From Raillietiella orientalis (lineage: Eukaryota): 64,000 bases of DNA. This document shows, piece after piece, positions 28,200 to 40,400 of the stretch. A program made the position numbers and the translations under genes. The stretch covers positions 2,046,001 to 2,110,000 of the forward strand of contig JAYWIR010000004.1 of the NCBI GenBank assembly GCA_036172245.1. Reading direction: 5' to 3'. The notes beneath the pieces are model-generated. The model was not told the DNA's origin. It worked only from the letters and a program-made list of their open reading frames with translations, and did no database searches. Positions within the stretch are counted from its first letter, which is position 1. Each line of letters starts with the position of its first letter.

Positions 28200-29190
28200 T
28201 TTCCACTATGGATGTGAGAGGAGAGAAACTTGGGCAGGCAGTCACCTATGCTGCGACTGCGCTTAGTGTTTGTCGTTTCCACATGTTACGTTATCCAGTG
28301 TGATGCCACCTTGCCACTTCCCGTAGAAAGGATGTGACCTTGAAGATGAGTGTCTCTGCACCTTCTACATCCTCAGGAGAGACTTCGCGATGCAAGGGAT
28401 TCACGTCAAAATCGCTATCATACAACGGAGATTGCATTTAGTGGAGAAACGTGGCAACAGTCCCTAGGTGGGTCGTCCGAGTAGCGGAGTACTCGTATCA
28501 GGGAAACGTTCCCCCTTACCACGTGGATGGATGCAAAGGATACCTTCAGTTTAGCAATAGAATCGCTGCATGTCTATATTCCATAAGATGAAGGGAAGTA
28601 CTTAGGCAAAGTGGAGGGACTGTCAGTTCTTCCATGCGTAGTTCCAGGAACTATACTAACTGAAGCAAGTCACAGGAACAGTGAGGATCTCTGCATCCGC
28701 CGACTGACATGGTGGCCACCCACCAAAGAGCTTCATTTTCCGTAATAGCGCACAAGTGAACTTTCACTTCACCGGTGCGGCAAATGTCAACATTCTCCCT
28801 TAGGAGAGGAAAGGCTGTTGCCTGGATCTGTTAGAGGTCTTGGGAGACCATCTGCAGTGTGGCCCTGAGCGAGTTACTGAAATTCTAATCAACAGTCCAC
28901 ATCGTCTCCTGCCACCAAGCGTTTCAGTTTATGGCACGAAGGCAGATCCAATCCTGCTTCCCTGTTCTAAGTTTACGGCTCTCAGATTTGCCGTTCTCAC
29001 CATGCACGCCTCCAGGTTCCTTAGGACCATCCATTTGGAGATGGATCTTACTTGCAGGAAACGTCGTGCAGTTTCTGATCTCTCCGATACCAGCAGGAAG
29101 AAAATGCAAAGGAAATAAGCAAAGCTCTCGGACCGGGCGTTTCAATTCATCGCAATCCTGGAGTTTGCTTATGGCACAGCCATGAAGAAA
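28200..29190 (+). mobile_element. Heavily degraded, internally deleted Ty3/gypsy-like LTR retrotransposon pol remnant
   Basis: Locally GC-richer block with broken motifs in the expected order. RT-like DAKDTF and KYLG, then integrase-like GHPPKSFIFRNSAQ (cf. GLPxxIxSDNGPQ), ALSELLKF*STVHIVSCHQAFQFMARRQIQS (cf. YRSTPHxxTGxSPFxLMxGRxIR), and a SKFT..LGPS tail. No LTRs seen and the boundaries are approximate. Confidence 0.45.
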
Positions 29191-29986
29191 ACTGTGCCAT
29201 AGATGGAATCCATTTCACTATAAATAATAATCAAGAATACTGACTGAGAGTGACAATACAAAAGGACTGTAATTGCTATTAATAATGATTCAGTTGGCAA
29301 AGTAAAATTTGTAGTCTCTCCAAACAACACTTTGGACTCTTGCAAATGAACAATCGAAGATTCAACTAAGAGATGTGTATATTTCCATAGATAAAAACGC
29401 AACCCGTGCAGTGCAATGCAGCATTCGAATAGTTCTAACCATTAAATGCCTCCGAAGCCAAAAGTTTCTAAAGTTACCTGCAAATTAATGCGAGGAAGCG
29501 AAATGAGAAAAAAGTAAAACAACAATGACTGTGGAAAAATCATTACTCTTATTAATTGCACAAAATGGTGCACTCTATGCACCAATATCATATTTGTGAC
29601 AAACACTTCCCAATTTGCTGTTAGTACAATAATCAACGTAAATGCTTTCAGCACAAGTTCAATTCACTCTATTTTTTAATTGTGGCAAATTTAAGAAGAA
29701 TGATAATAGTATACAAGCAAAACACCAATTCATCATTTAAAAATACACTGCCGACCAAATGAACAACTTCAAAAAAGAATGGCGCTTGTGCTATCTCTTA
29801 AGTCTCCGAAAATTCAGAAGGTGGATCTTCATTCTAGAATGAGAATTACACAAAAAAGAAAAATTGTCTCAAAAGCATCACACAGTTGGTGAGGGGCTCG
29901 CTGTGGAGTTTTCCAAGGTTCGTATCTGTCACTTCAGATTCTTGCGAATGTACTTCCTTTAGTGGTATTTTTTTTTTTTTTTCCCG

Positions 29987-32900
29987 TCAATCATCAAATG
30001 AAAATGGCACTTTCCCGTATCTTTTTAGGCATGAATAAGAACACAGAGTCTTGTCTATAGTGGGCAAACAGCTTTCACTATTGAATACATAAGATACATT
30101 GTTCATGGGATAATAATGTCTAACTACTGCATAAGAATTAAAGCAATGTTTGCCACACATGCATAGGTGATGATTGCACAAATAGTTGAACAAAGGGGCT
30201 GGCAAACCAGGAGGTTCACATAAGCTCCTAAAAAACAGCAAGTATTGTATTCAATTGACCAGATTAAATCATCAGATTGATCATAATGAAGATGAAAGCA
30301 AACAGTTCAATTCTGGCAATAGCAGAATCCGCTTAGCGCCTTCATAATGCAAAAATGGAATAAGCACTACAAATAATCGAAAGAAAATTGCAAATATAAA
30401 CACATTTTGTGTTTCAATCGAAAAGAATAATCCACGGCTAAAACTCAAATGTAAAAATGCGATATTCGGCGTAGTAAGCAAGAAATCTGCAAATGAAACA
30501 GTTTTAAATAGCGAATGAGACACTGACAATATTGTATACGTCAATAGGACACCGAAAACAAGGTTTTCAAATCTGGAAGGCAATTATGCCTGACTTTTCG
30601 GATAGATTAATTAAATAACTAGTGCAGCCAGTTAATACGGACGTCTATGATACGATAAAAAAAATCGTGAACAAATAACCAGTCGCTTCATCACAGGAAG
30701 TAAGATTTGCGTAGATTATTTAAAAAAAGGTTGTACTTCTATCATGTACCAGCATGAAACAAGCACAATAAAATTAGTGTGATTAGCATATGCATAGTGT
30801 CCATTGCAGGGGTGGGTTACAGCCGCTCTTATCCTACAAAGGGATCATTTCGAACTTCTGGATCATTACCTACGTTGCTTATATATTGGCCAAGTTCCTA
30901 TTTCACTTAAATAAACTGTAAAACGCAGTCAGGAGTTCATTATTCATTCGCTGGGCAAACACACAAAAAAATTGCTCTCAAAGTGGCCAACTGCGTTTTA
31001 CAAATACATATTCAACTTTTAACAAAACAGTAACATGAACAAGAATGTTGAAAAAAAGCACAAAGAAACGATCTAAAATAAATAAAAAGACATGAATTTT
31101 CTGATCGGACCACCAAAGTAGACTATTCTTCTGAAAGCATAAGATACAAATAATGTTTCGAATGTTATTGGAATAACAAGAAATATTAGCATTAACATGG
31201 CATCACTTACACATAATCACGCTTACTAACGATCAAATACACACACTTTCCTGAAATATGCAACTGTTGTATATACAATCGCACAACTGCTGAGATTTTG
31301 TAATAAAACATTGTCATAACGTGCCGAATTTTTTTTGACACGAGAGCAGTTTTCTATTTAGGAATGCGGAAGGTTCGAAATCATTAGGTTAGAAAGGAAA
31401 GAAAATAACTGTATACATAACACCGTACAAAATACAAGACTGCTGCGTATTTCACTTCACAAAGCATCGAACCTGTGGACCAATAAAATAGGAGCATGCA
31501 AAAGACTGCATATTATCACTGTTATGACTGTCATAAATAAAATACTTTATTTTGAAAATAACCTATAAAAAAGGGGAAAAGAATGTGCATCTTTAGATGA
31601 GTTTTGCATTTTTTTGATTCGACTTCATGCACTTCGGCAGAGCGGGTGCCGCTCTGGTCCCGAATGCTGGATTTGGGTATCCCTTTTGGAAGCATTTTGA
31701 GGTTCATTTGGTAAAAGAGAACTGCATTTAAAATCTTTTTACCTCCAATTTTTGATGCTGCATGCTATCATAGCGGCCATCTCTAATAAAGAGCTTTGCG
31801 TCAGGTTAGTGCTTATGAGTTTAGGAATTCTATTATCCCAACAGTTCTTGCTACAATCAACCACGTGCAAACGAAGGAGCATAAAACTTCCAGGTAAAAA
31901 TTGAATCTGATTTTTCGAGAAGTGTAACGTCCTAAAGAAAAAAAAAAACTTATGAATATTTTTGCAAGTATCGATTGAGTTCCAGACTGGAGCTATTAGC
32001 TCTCTAATCGGATCACCAAATGGACTACCGCTAAAGAGACATGAATGCAAACATGGATAAAAAAAAACAAGGGATTTTTTTTGTTTGCAGTATTTGCTCT
32101 GGTAAATAACAAAAAAAAAAAAAACGTACACGTACATATGAGACGGAGGAAAGAGGATGATTCTATTTTATCCAACAGATTGACTTATATGTGCATGAAT
32201 TCTAGATTTTATACCCAGATCATACACTGTATTTGGAAACCAATGTTAATGAAAGCACACGCGCAATTAAAAAGATTCAGGTGCCGAAAACCAGGATGTC
32301 AAAGCAAGTACTTCAAGTGAGAGTCAAGAACTAAAGAGCTACAAAAAATGAAAACAACGATTGGAAGAAGAAAAGAAGAGAAAGAAAGGGGAGGGGAGCT
32401 GAAACGTCATGAATAACGTGAAGCAGAATCTGACATTCGAGACAGATCCTTGATAATGATGACAGTCACAATAAGCTAATAACAACTGGATAGATATAGA
32501 TTGATTATTTGCTTGCAAGACTAAGGAAAGTTGCTACTTGTTGAGAATTTTTCGGAGGCACGCAGGAGGCAATCAATTTTCAGATCGTAATCTTTCTTTT
32601 TTTTTTTTTGAACCCACCTGAGTTTTCCTAATTTGCCAATATTATTGGGAAGACGGAAAAGCTTATTGTCATCTAATTTCAAAGCAACTAGATTTTCTAA
32701 GTCCGTTATGCTATCGGGTATTTGTAACAACTGAAAACACACGTTTTAGAATTGAGCACAGTTTGTACACCAGCATAAAGAATACTTATCGGAATAGTTT
32801 TAGCAAGGCCAAGAATAGAAGCATACAAATGGAACTTACAATCTTGCAAGTGAGCATTCCTGAAGATTTCTCAACTTACCTCATTGGAACGTACATCTAG

Positions 32901-33691
32901 GTGGAGCAAAGTGTTTCGCAGAGATCCAGTGAATAACGAATTCTGAAGACGATGGATTTTATTCTTGGGCAGACACAAATACTTAAGATGTTTCATGTTT
33001 GCTAACTCATTAGGAACAGATGTCAGACAGTTGTATGCCATATCCAATGTCATTAGATGAGGTAGGGAATAGACGAAGGCATCAATGTGCTTAAGAGACA
33101 AATGACGAATCTGCGGCACATTTGAGATCCATACAATCAGACAATGAACGGTACACTCAGATGTGACCGCTTACCTTGAGAACTGTCAGAGTAGCAGTGT
33201 AACTATAGTTAAGAAGACTCTTGTATTCCGGAACTGTATCTATTTCCAAAGCACTTTTCTGACAGGGATCCTTAACGGCGTGATGGATGTTTTTACAAAA
33301 ACAATCCCCGTCCACAGTTTCCCCGCGAAAAAGTTTTTTCAGTACTGCTAGGAAAGATCTAAGCATGTTGACATCTGCATTTTTCAAAAACAAGTCATGT
33401 GGGGGTTTTCGAAAACGTATGGTCACTTTCCCATATTTCGAGAACTTATCGAAAACACTTTCCAGATCTCCTACCTATTAAAGCATGTTTCAAATATACG
33501 AAACACTTATAAAATTCGTATACCATGTAGCGATGGCAAACATTTTTGTAACGGGCCCTTGCCAGAAGCTCCACTTTATTTTCGTTGTTCCTAAACAACA
33601 AACAACAGCGACAAGGTTTTCTTTTGGATGACTGTCCATTCACAGAAAGCCCTCTATCAGCTATTTCGACGTCACAGTTCAATGTTATCAT
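29987..33691 (-). CDS. LRR1: Leucine-rich repeat protein 1 (CRL2 substrate receptor, PPIL5 family)
   Basis: Exons 33691-33524, 33474-33175, 33110-32880, 32730-32618, 31931-31743, 30227-29987, all in frame. N-terminal MITLNCDVEI, KFSKYGKVTIRFRKPPHDLFL (cf. KFVDEGKATVRLKEPP), LRRs such as LVALKLDDNKL, BC-box SLLEMAA and C-terminal CMCGKHCFNS..CSYSC. Confidence 0.88.
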
Positions 33692-34888
33692 AGCACAGAA
33701 CCTATGATCACAAAGGAAAAATGGGAAATCAGCAAACTCATACTCTATGAAGCAAATACAGATCGACGCGAAATCAGTCATCGATAAAGCTCACTTTCAT
33801 AATGGATGCACATGCAGGTATAGAGGGAGTTGAGCACATCCCCAAAGATAGGAACATAATTGGCATGCTCCAATATCATCGAAAAGAGGTTTAAAACAAA
33901 TAAAAGATCTCTATAGCTACTAAAATCACTGGTCATTCTTGTTTTGCCTACTTTATTGGTTTCCTTTTGCATTCTACGGATGCTAGAGACACTTGGATGA
34001 ATTTCTTTTCTTCATCAAAATCTCGCCGAAGCTGTAGGTGTCCCTATCCGTAAAATGGCTATCCCATTACGAATAATTGAATGCTGCCGGTCAAAAAAAA
34101 ACGAAAATGAAAACATTTCTCAAAAGCCTCATTAATGGCAAAGCACGAGCCACGAATCGTGTTCGGTATTCTCTTCCATCTGGACAAATACACCGAGCAT
34201 GTTAAATGCGCCGCTCTATTAATGCTTCAACGCATTAATAGAGCTGGCAGAATCTACGCGATTATTTCTTTTTCGATTCGGATACCTATTAGGTTAATAA
34301 GAAAGCATTCACTTAATCGTGAAACTCAATTCTCACATTTGCAGCAGATGTAGCTTTTCGAAAAGCTCATCTATTTCTAGAGGTCCTCATCGGATAAGCA
34401 TGCGGAGACACAAGGTTGCAGATGGTATGCACGACTTGAGGATTTTGGCGTCCGGAATGATTACTGTATTGTAAATGAACGAAGAGATTAAATTAGAGGT
34501 GTACCATGTGCACACCGACAAATATTATCGGGCACATGGATTTTAAGTGCATTCACACAGGCATCTATAAACATTATATACACCTAATCTGCACGTGTGC
34601 TTTTTCATCATTCGAATACAAATTTTTAAATAGAAACATGTCCTGACACTATACTTGCGTTTGAAGTACAGTTGTACTTTCAGTTTTCCGCATTCCGGAT
34701 CAGTACCATATGCTTAAGAAAATCAATATTAGCAACGGTGAAAGAGATTGTGAGTTGACAGTTAAAATGTGTTACCGATAATATACAAATGAGAAAATAG
34801 AATCCTCGATTTGTTCAAACAATAACAATTCACATGATAAGTATGAGAACTAAATATGCTTAATATTTTTGCTAGCATTTCTAATCAA

Positions 34889-37444
34889 ATGAAATTTCAA
34901 GCAGGCAATGTCCGACTGTGTGCTTTTTTGATATGCTACGTCGTGTTTTTAGTCTTAGGTGCATCAATCTTTTCTTCCATAGAAGACCCTTTAAAAATCA
35001 GTCAATTTAAAGAGCTAAAAAGCAATAAAGAAAAATTCCTGCAACGCCATAAATGTGTAACAGGTAATTTATGCTTGCTTTGATTGAAGTTACATAAATA
35101 GCAGACTTTGATGATATATTCAAAGATAATCAGGCCCAATGCCTCGAATCTTTAATTGTGTGTTGAAAGGCTTCTTGAATGAAAAAGATGATGATGATGA
35201 CGATAATGAAAATTCAATGAGAACGACTTTAGGAATATGAAAGGAGGTGCCCTGTTTAGTCATTTTGGTTGTCATTTTAGGAAAGTACAATCGCGATAAA
35301 TGTTTATTCAAAGGTCAGAACTTGCAAAATAGTTCGCTAATCGATGGGGGAAAAAAAAAAGAGGGAATGACATTTATACAAATAAGTTACTGCTGATGTT
35401 ACTTATACCAGAAATATGTTACACGTAACATCAGAAAATCGCATGCATCAGAAAACAATTATTCTTCTTCCTGTTGTTACTATAAACCACGTTTCTATCA
35501 TTATGAAAACCAAGTGATGAGGTCGTGTGCTTTTTCAACTCTCAGTCCAATGGTGAAAATTTGTGCACTGCATGCGGGGCGATATGCATGCATTTTTATG
35601 CTTTCCGTTTTAATACGCTGCGGGCATTCAAAAAGCATTACGGGAAAGGCGCGTGCAAAAAAGAAAAATAAACAAATAAATAAAAGCATGCCCGTGCGCT
35701 TCTTATCGTAAGCATGCCTTTGCAAACTGAAATTATCGTGTTCGCAAGATGCACCCTCTGGTTTGATCACAGAGATTCTTGTGCTGCGGAAAAGTGTCGA
35801 GCGACGCATAAATGCCATCGTAGTTGTGCTCTGAAACGTTCTTTCGTTCTTTTCGTTCACCGAAACGTGTAGAAACCCACGGATGCATTCGACAGGCAGG
35901 AAATTCGGATCGAAAGTGTTTGTCGAGATGGTACGAGTGCCGCCGTTTTCACAGCCACCGCCGACCACAAAATCGCAAATCTTCCTCCCCCACCCGCCGC
36001 ACGCACGAGCTCCGTACGCGAAGTTCTTCTGTCTTCACGCGGGAGGGAGGGCACAGCATCCGCTGTCACAAATGTGAGTCAAATACAGTATTGCATCCTG
36101 TTCACGATGTCGTGTGAAATTCTCAACGATTACGAATTGTCACTGCTAAAGGCAGACGACGTTTTCAAAAGGAACAGTTTTTGCAAGATTCCAAACCACA
36201 TCTGGGCAATCACTTTGAGCACGTTTCTGTATGGGATCTTTTTATGCATTGGAGGCAGTGTGTTCGTCCAAACGGAGTACGAAGTCGAAAGCAGACATCG
36301 AAGGGTATTGAGAAACATAAGAGATCAATTCCTGCAAAACCATTCTTGTGTCAAAGGTTCTAATAGTTCTTTAAAAAAAAAAAAAAAAAAACGAAAGTTA
36401 CATAATCATAGTAAATAAGAAAATAATTTTAAAGATAACTTAAGTGTCCATATTATATTTAGGAGAAGAACTGGAGGCCTTTATATTGACCATTTCTGAA
36501 GGTGAAAAAAAGGGTATTTCACTAGCAAAAAATGCTACTGACATAAACTGGGACTTTGGACAATCCTTGTTTTTCTCTGGAACTGTCATTACTACAGTGG
36601 GTAAGTTCATTTGGATTCAATGATCTATAATACAATGCAGTTCGTTATTAAATAACAGATAGCCACTAATTTTAGTTTTATATTTGTACAGGCTATGGTC
36701 ATCTTGCACCAGTTTCTAAAGGAGGAAAGCTATTCTGTATTATATATGCCTTAATTGGTATTCCTTTCACAATAATTATGATAAATGCTTTTGTGGAAAG
36801 ACTAATGGTACCATCCAGTCTTTTTCTACGCTTTCTTAACTCTCATCTTGGACATTTATATTCCTCTTTAAGCATTCGGATTTTACACATTAGTATTCTA
36901 GGACTGGCTGTTGCAGTCAGCTTTTTCTTTATACCAGCCATAATTTTCACCATTACAGAATCCAATTGGGATTACCTAGATTCTTTTTACTATACTTTTA
37001 TATCTTTAACCACAATCGGATTAGGTGATCTTATACCAGGTGACTCATCAACAATAACTCACAAAAGTCCCTATAAAATTCTGTTGACTGGTAAGAAAAT
37101 GAATGAACGACATGATAATAAGTTGATGATTCATTTCAGTTTATTTACTGATGGGCTTAACATTCATGATGTTTTTATTAACAGTGTTCTCCCATATTCC
37201 CCAACTTAATTTAGGTGCTCTACTAGCAATGAAAACAGATAATTCTTCTGATTCTGAAACTGCTGGTATTCTCAAGGGTATGGAATCATCAAATTACACT
37301 GATGAGAAAGAACAGAGAATCAAAGTAAAGCATAGATCTCTTTAATAAAAGCTACATTCTCTTCATCAGGTGAAACATATTCGTAAAGAAGACTCTGTAA
37401 CTCCTGATGAAGTCGAAGCAGGATATAATTTTAATCCATCTTAA
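34889..37444 (+). CDS. Two-pore-domain potassium channel, TWIK (KCNK1/KCNK6)-like; isoform using upstream exon 1a
   Basis: Exons 34889-35063, 36463-36600, 36692-37090, 37140-37324, 37370-37444. M1 plus cap with the conserved Cys, P1 WDFGQSLFFSGTVITTVGYG, and P2 FISLTTIGLGD (GLG filter, TWIK subfamily). Confidence 0.87.
36107..36356 (+). CDS. Second, alternative first coding exon (1b) of the TWIK-like channel (M1 + cap helix)
   Basis: Encodes LYGIFLCIGGSVFVQTEYEVE..FLQNHSCVK, homologous to exon 1a. It ends at the same codon position and phase (1) and joins exon 36463 in frame. The donor GTTCTA is weak. Confidence 0.75.
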
Positions 37445-40400
37445 GTTATGATTCTCATCAAATGCATGAATTTAATAAACATATGATCATTGTAAGTGTT
37501 TTTCAAAAAGTCAAGAAGTCAAATAATATGTTTGAAAAACCCTGTAGTACCCCATTATCCCAACCTTTAGACCATATTACAACAAAATGAACACTTGAAT
37601 GATTAGCAGAGTATCCTCCCATGCACTCTAAATGATCGAATGAAAAGTACATCCCTTTCCTACTTGCACTTTTCACAGATTTTCCCCAGTTTTGGGATAC
37701 TTTTTGATGCAATCGTTTACTCTAAAACCAAACAAAACAAACAAAAACTCCGATGAAAAAGAGTGAATTCAAAATTACTTGATTATTTGATAAATTACTT
37801 GGGTTTCTTATAAATGGAATAATAATCTTCTTACCTTTAACTTTCTTAATTCGTAACAAACATGAGAAAGTGTTCCAATCTGATGAATATGGACAAACCG
37901 ACCATTAGAAATGAACTTCGGTAAATGACAGTTGGCTTATCATGTTCCATTCCATACCCGTAATCAAATTCAAACTGAACTATGAATACTCAAAAGGAGC
38001 GTATTGCTGCCAGCGAATCCACAATCACTGGCAGATGCACAAAAAACACAAAACTTTTGTTATTTGTAAATGTGGATTATCTTGCTTGCGACCAGCCCGA
38101 AGAGTTCCGGTGATTAGGTGATATTAATGAACTTTTCAGATTTCAAACGATACAGCGCCCGCCTATTTGCGTAGGATCGTTTCGCAGAGCGCACTTGGAG
38201 GCATTCGAGTATTTGCACGCAAGATCTTAATTTTGTGTTCTCAGTGCAGTTTCGATTTCTATCCAATAATCCAGTGTCTTTGTAGGCACAAATACTTTTC
38301 TATGGTTAAAGCCATCATCATGAGCAGCTCTACAAGTTCGGAACAAGGAAAATTCCACGGGAGAACCGTTGTGTGACCCTTCAATAACAATGGAGTTATA
38401 GGCAAACTCTTAAAACACTGATGATTGTCCTAAGGGCTTGAGTTTTAATCTGTACAGCAAATACTCGGTTGAATTGAGTTTCCCATTGCAAGAGACTATA
38501 GTTTATTCCTGAATAAATAAGTTTCAAGGAAAGCTACAACCAAAAGCCATTTTCGAAACCACAACCCATCTTACGTCCATGACAATTTAAAACCTACTCT
38601 TGAGAATACTCGCAATTATTTTCATAATCCACAAGGAACTTGAACATTTTACCCTTACCTGATGAATTCAACCTTTTTCATCTTTCTAGGAAAACACAGA
38701 CTCAACCTTACATCCTATTTTAAATGTTTTCTTGTTAATTCCGAAGTCTAAAATTTGGTTATACCAATTAAAACTTACTAAACTAAAACCAACTAACTAC
38801 CAATTAGATTGCTTGAAAATAAAACAATTATATTTTCGGAAAATGCAATCCATCACTTAAACATTCATTTGATAGTTACCAATAAAGAAGCATGTTCTTA
38901 GAAAAAGAGTTCACAGACTGATAAATCGTCTGATAGTGGATAATTAGAAACAGAATACTAAACTCCACTGATTTGCCATAAATTTGTGAGTTTGGGAAAA
39001 TAAAAAGAGGAAATCAAAAGCAGCACATTAAATTAACCAAGGTTCCCCGATGCTTGCGCTTCATTTTGTACAATGAGATGTGTTGGTAAAAGTTTGTTTG
39101 AGTGTTTAATATTCAATTTTGAATTCATTTGCATTTATAATAAAGTTGCTTAAAATTATGAACTCTTTTTATATACTTCTGATATAATTGACTCCCTGAG
39201 AACCTGTGTGTAAAAAACAAAACCCTTGTGTAAAAAACAAAAAGTGGGAATGACAGCCTCTGAAGGAAGAGCTGCATAACGAAAAGATATCTTATGAGCA
39301 TTCCAAATTCATTTTCTGACAGATTCCGATTATTTAAAAGAACACGGCGCCCTAATCAGTAATAAAAAGTCTTCCTTTGTATGTCTTTATACGCAGGAAA
39401 CTTTTTTTTCCTGGTTTTTGTGTGCTCAGAGACCTTTTCCCTTAAGATCCAAACATTCATACATTTAACAGACATTAGACACTGGAGACTACATCATCAA
39501 AAGTTCAAGCACATCAGTTGATAAATGCTTAACTCTTGTTAAATAGATCCGCTCGATTTGTATGCGAAAAGCTGAATCTCCTATGCCAGGAGTACATGAT
39601 GTAATATGAAATCGTGAAGATGAATATTTTCAGACCACCTTTCTTCAAACGGGAAAGTCTTACTGAATCTGAGAACTTCGCTTCAACTTTAGAAGCAATA
39701 AGAACTCAAAAGTCAGTAGCTTTCTTGCAATTATGAAGTCTTATTTTTCTGATACACTTCATTTCTATTTAAGTGAAATGCAGCGTGTAGAAAAACCTAA
39801 TAAAAGAAAAAACTTCTGCGAATGCTTTCACATTTTTCATAGAAGAATATGAGATAATTCTCTGGAAATTTTAAAGCCTCAATCATGACAATCAATACAA
39901 GTTAAAAATAATAAAGAAATAAAGGAGTGGGGAGTTCCCCCTCCGGTCGTGCAATGGAGAGCGGTCCCCCGGTGACGGGGGTGTTTGTGTTTAAAAAAAT
40001 TTCTTACTATCCAGCTTTCTTCAGAAAAATTACTCATTGGAATCATAGGCTGAAGTTTTCTTCTCTTTTTGGGAAGAAAAAAAAGTTCTGGGATTCAATG
40101 CAACAAAATTCTAATGACAACCCTTTCCTCATTATGAAGCGAGGTAATATAATGAAAAGTCATATTTGTTCAACGTCTAATTGAGTCTTGTAGTCTTGAC
40201 CAATATCCAAGTTTTGAGACATTAATCTTAGAACTAGCGTGTCATTTTAGGAGCTGGCTTATGCTGTCTTTCTAAGTGTGTAATAAGCTTATCTAAATAT
40301 TTAACTACTTTAATACTGGAATATTGAAGTTGGCTTCTTTTGAAAATCAAGAGATTCCATAAAAAGGAGTGAACCATTTTGATATAATTTCTGTTTGCAT

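Noticed and set aside
33773..33885. Possible C/D snoRNA or hairpin upstream of the LRR1 CDS (minus strand)
   Set aside because: The C box is non-canonical, there is no terminal stem, and I recognise no rRNA guide.
39928..39982. Two small GC hairpins in AT-rich DNA
   Set aside because: Too short to assign. No termini or second copy seen in the window.
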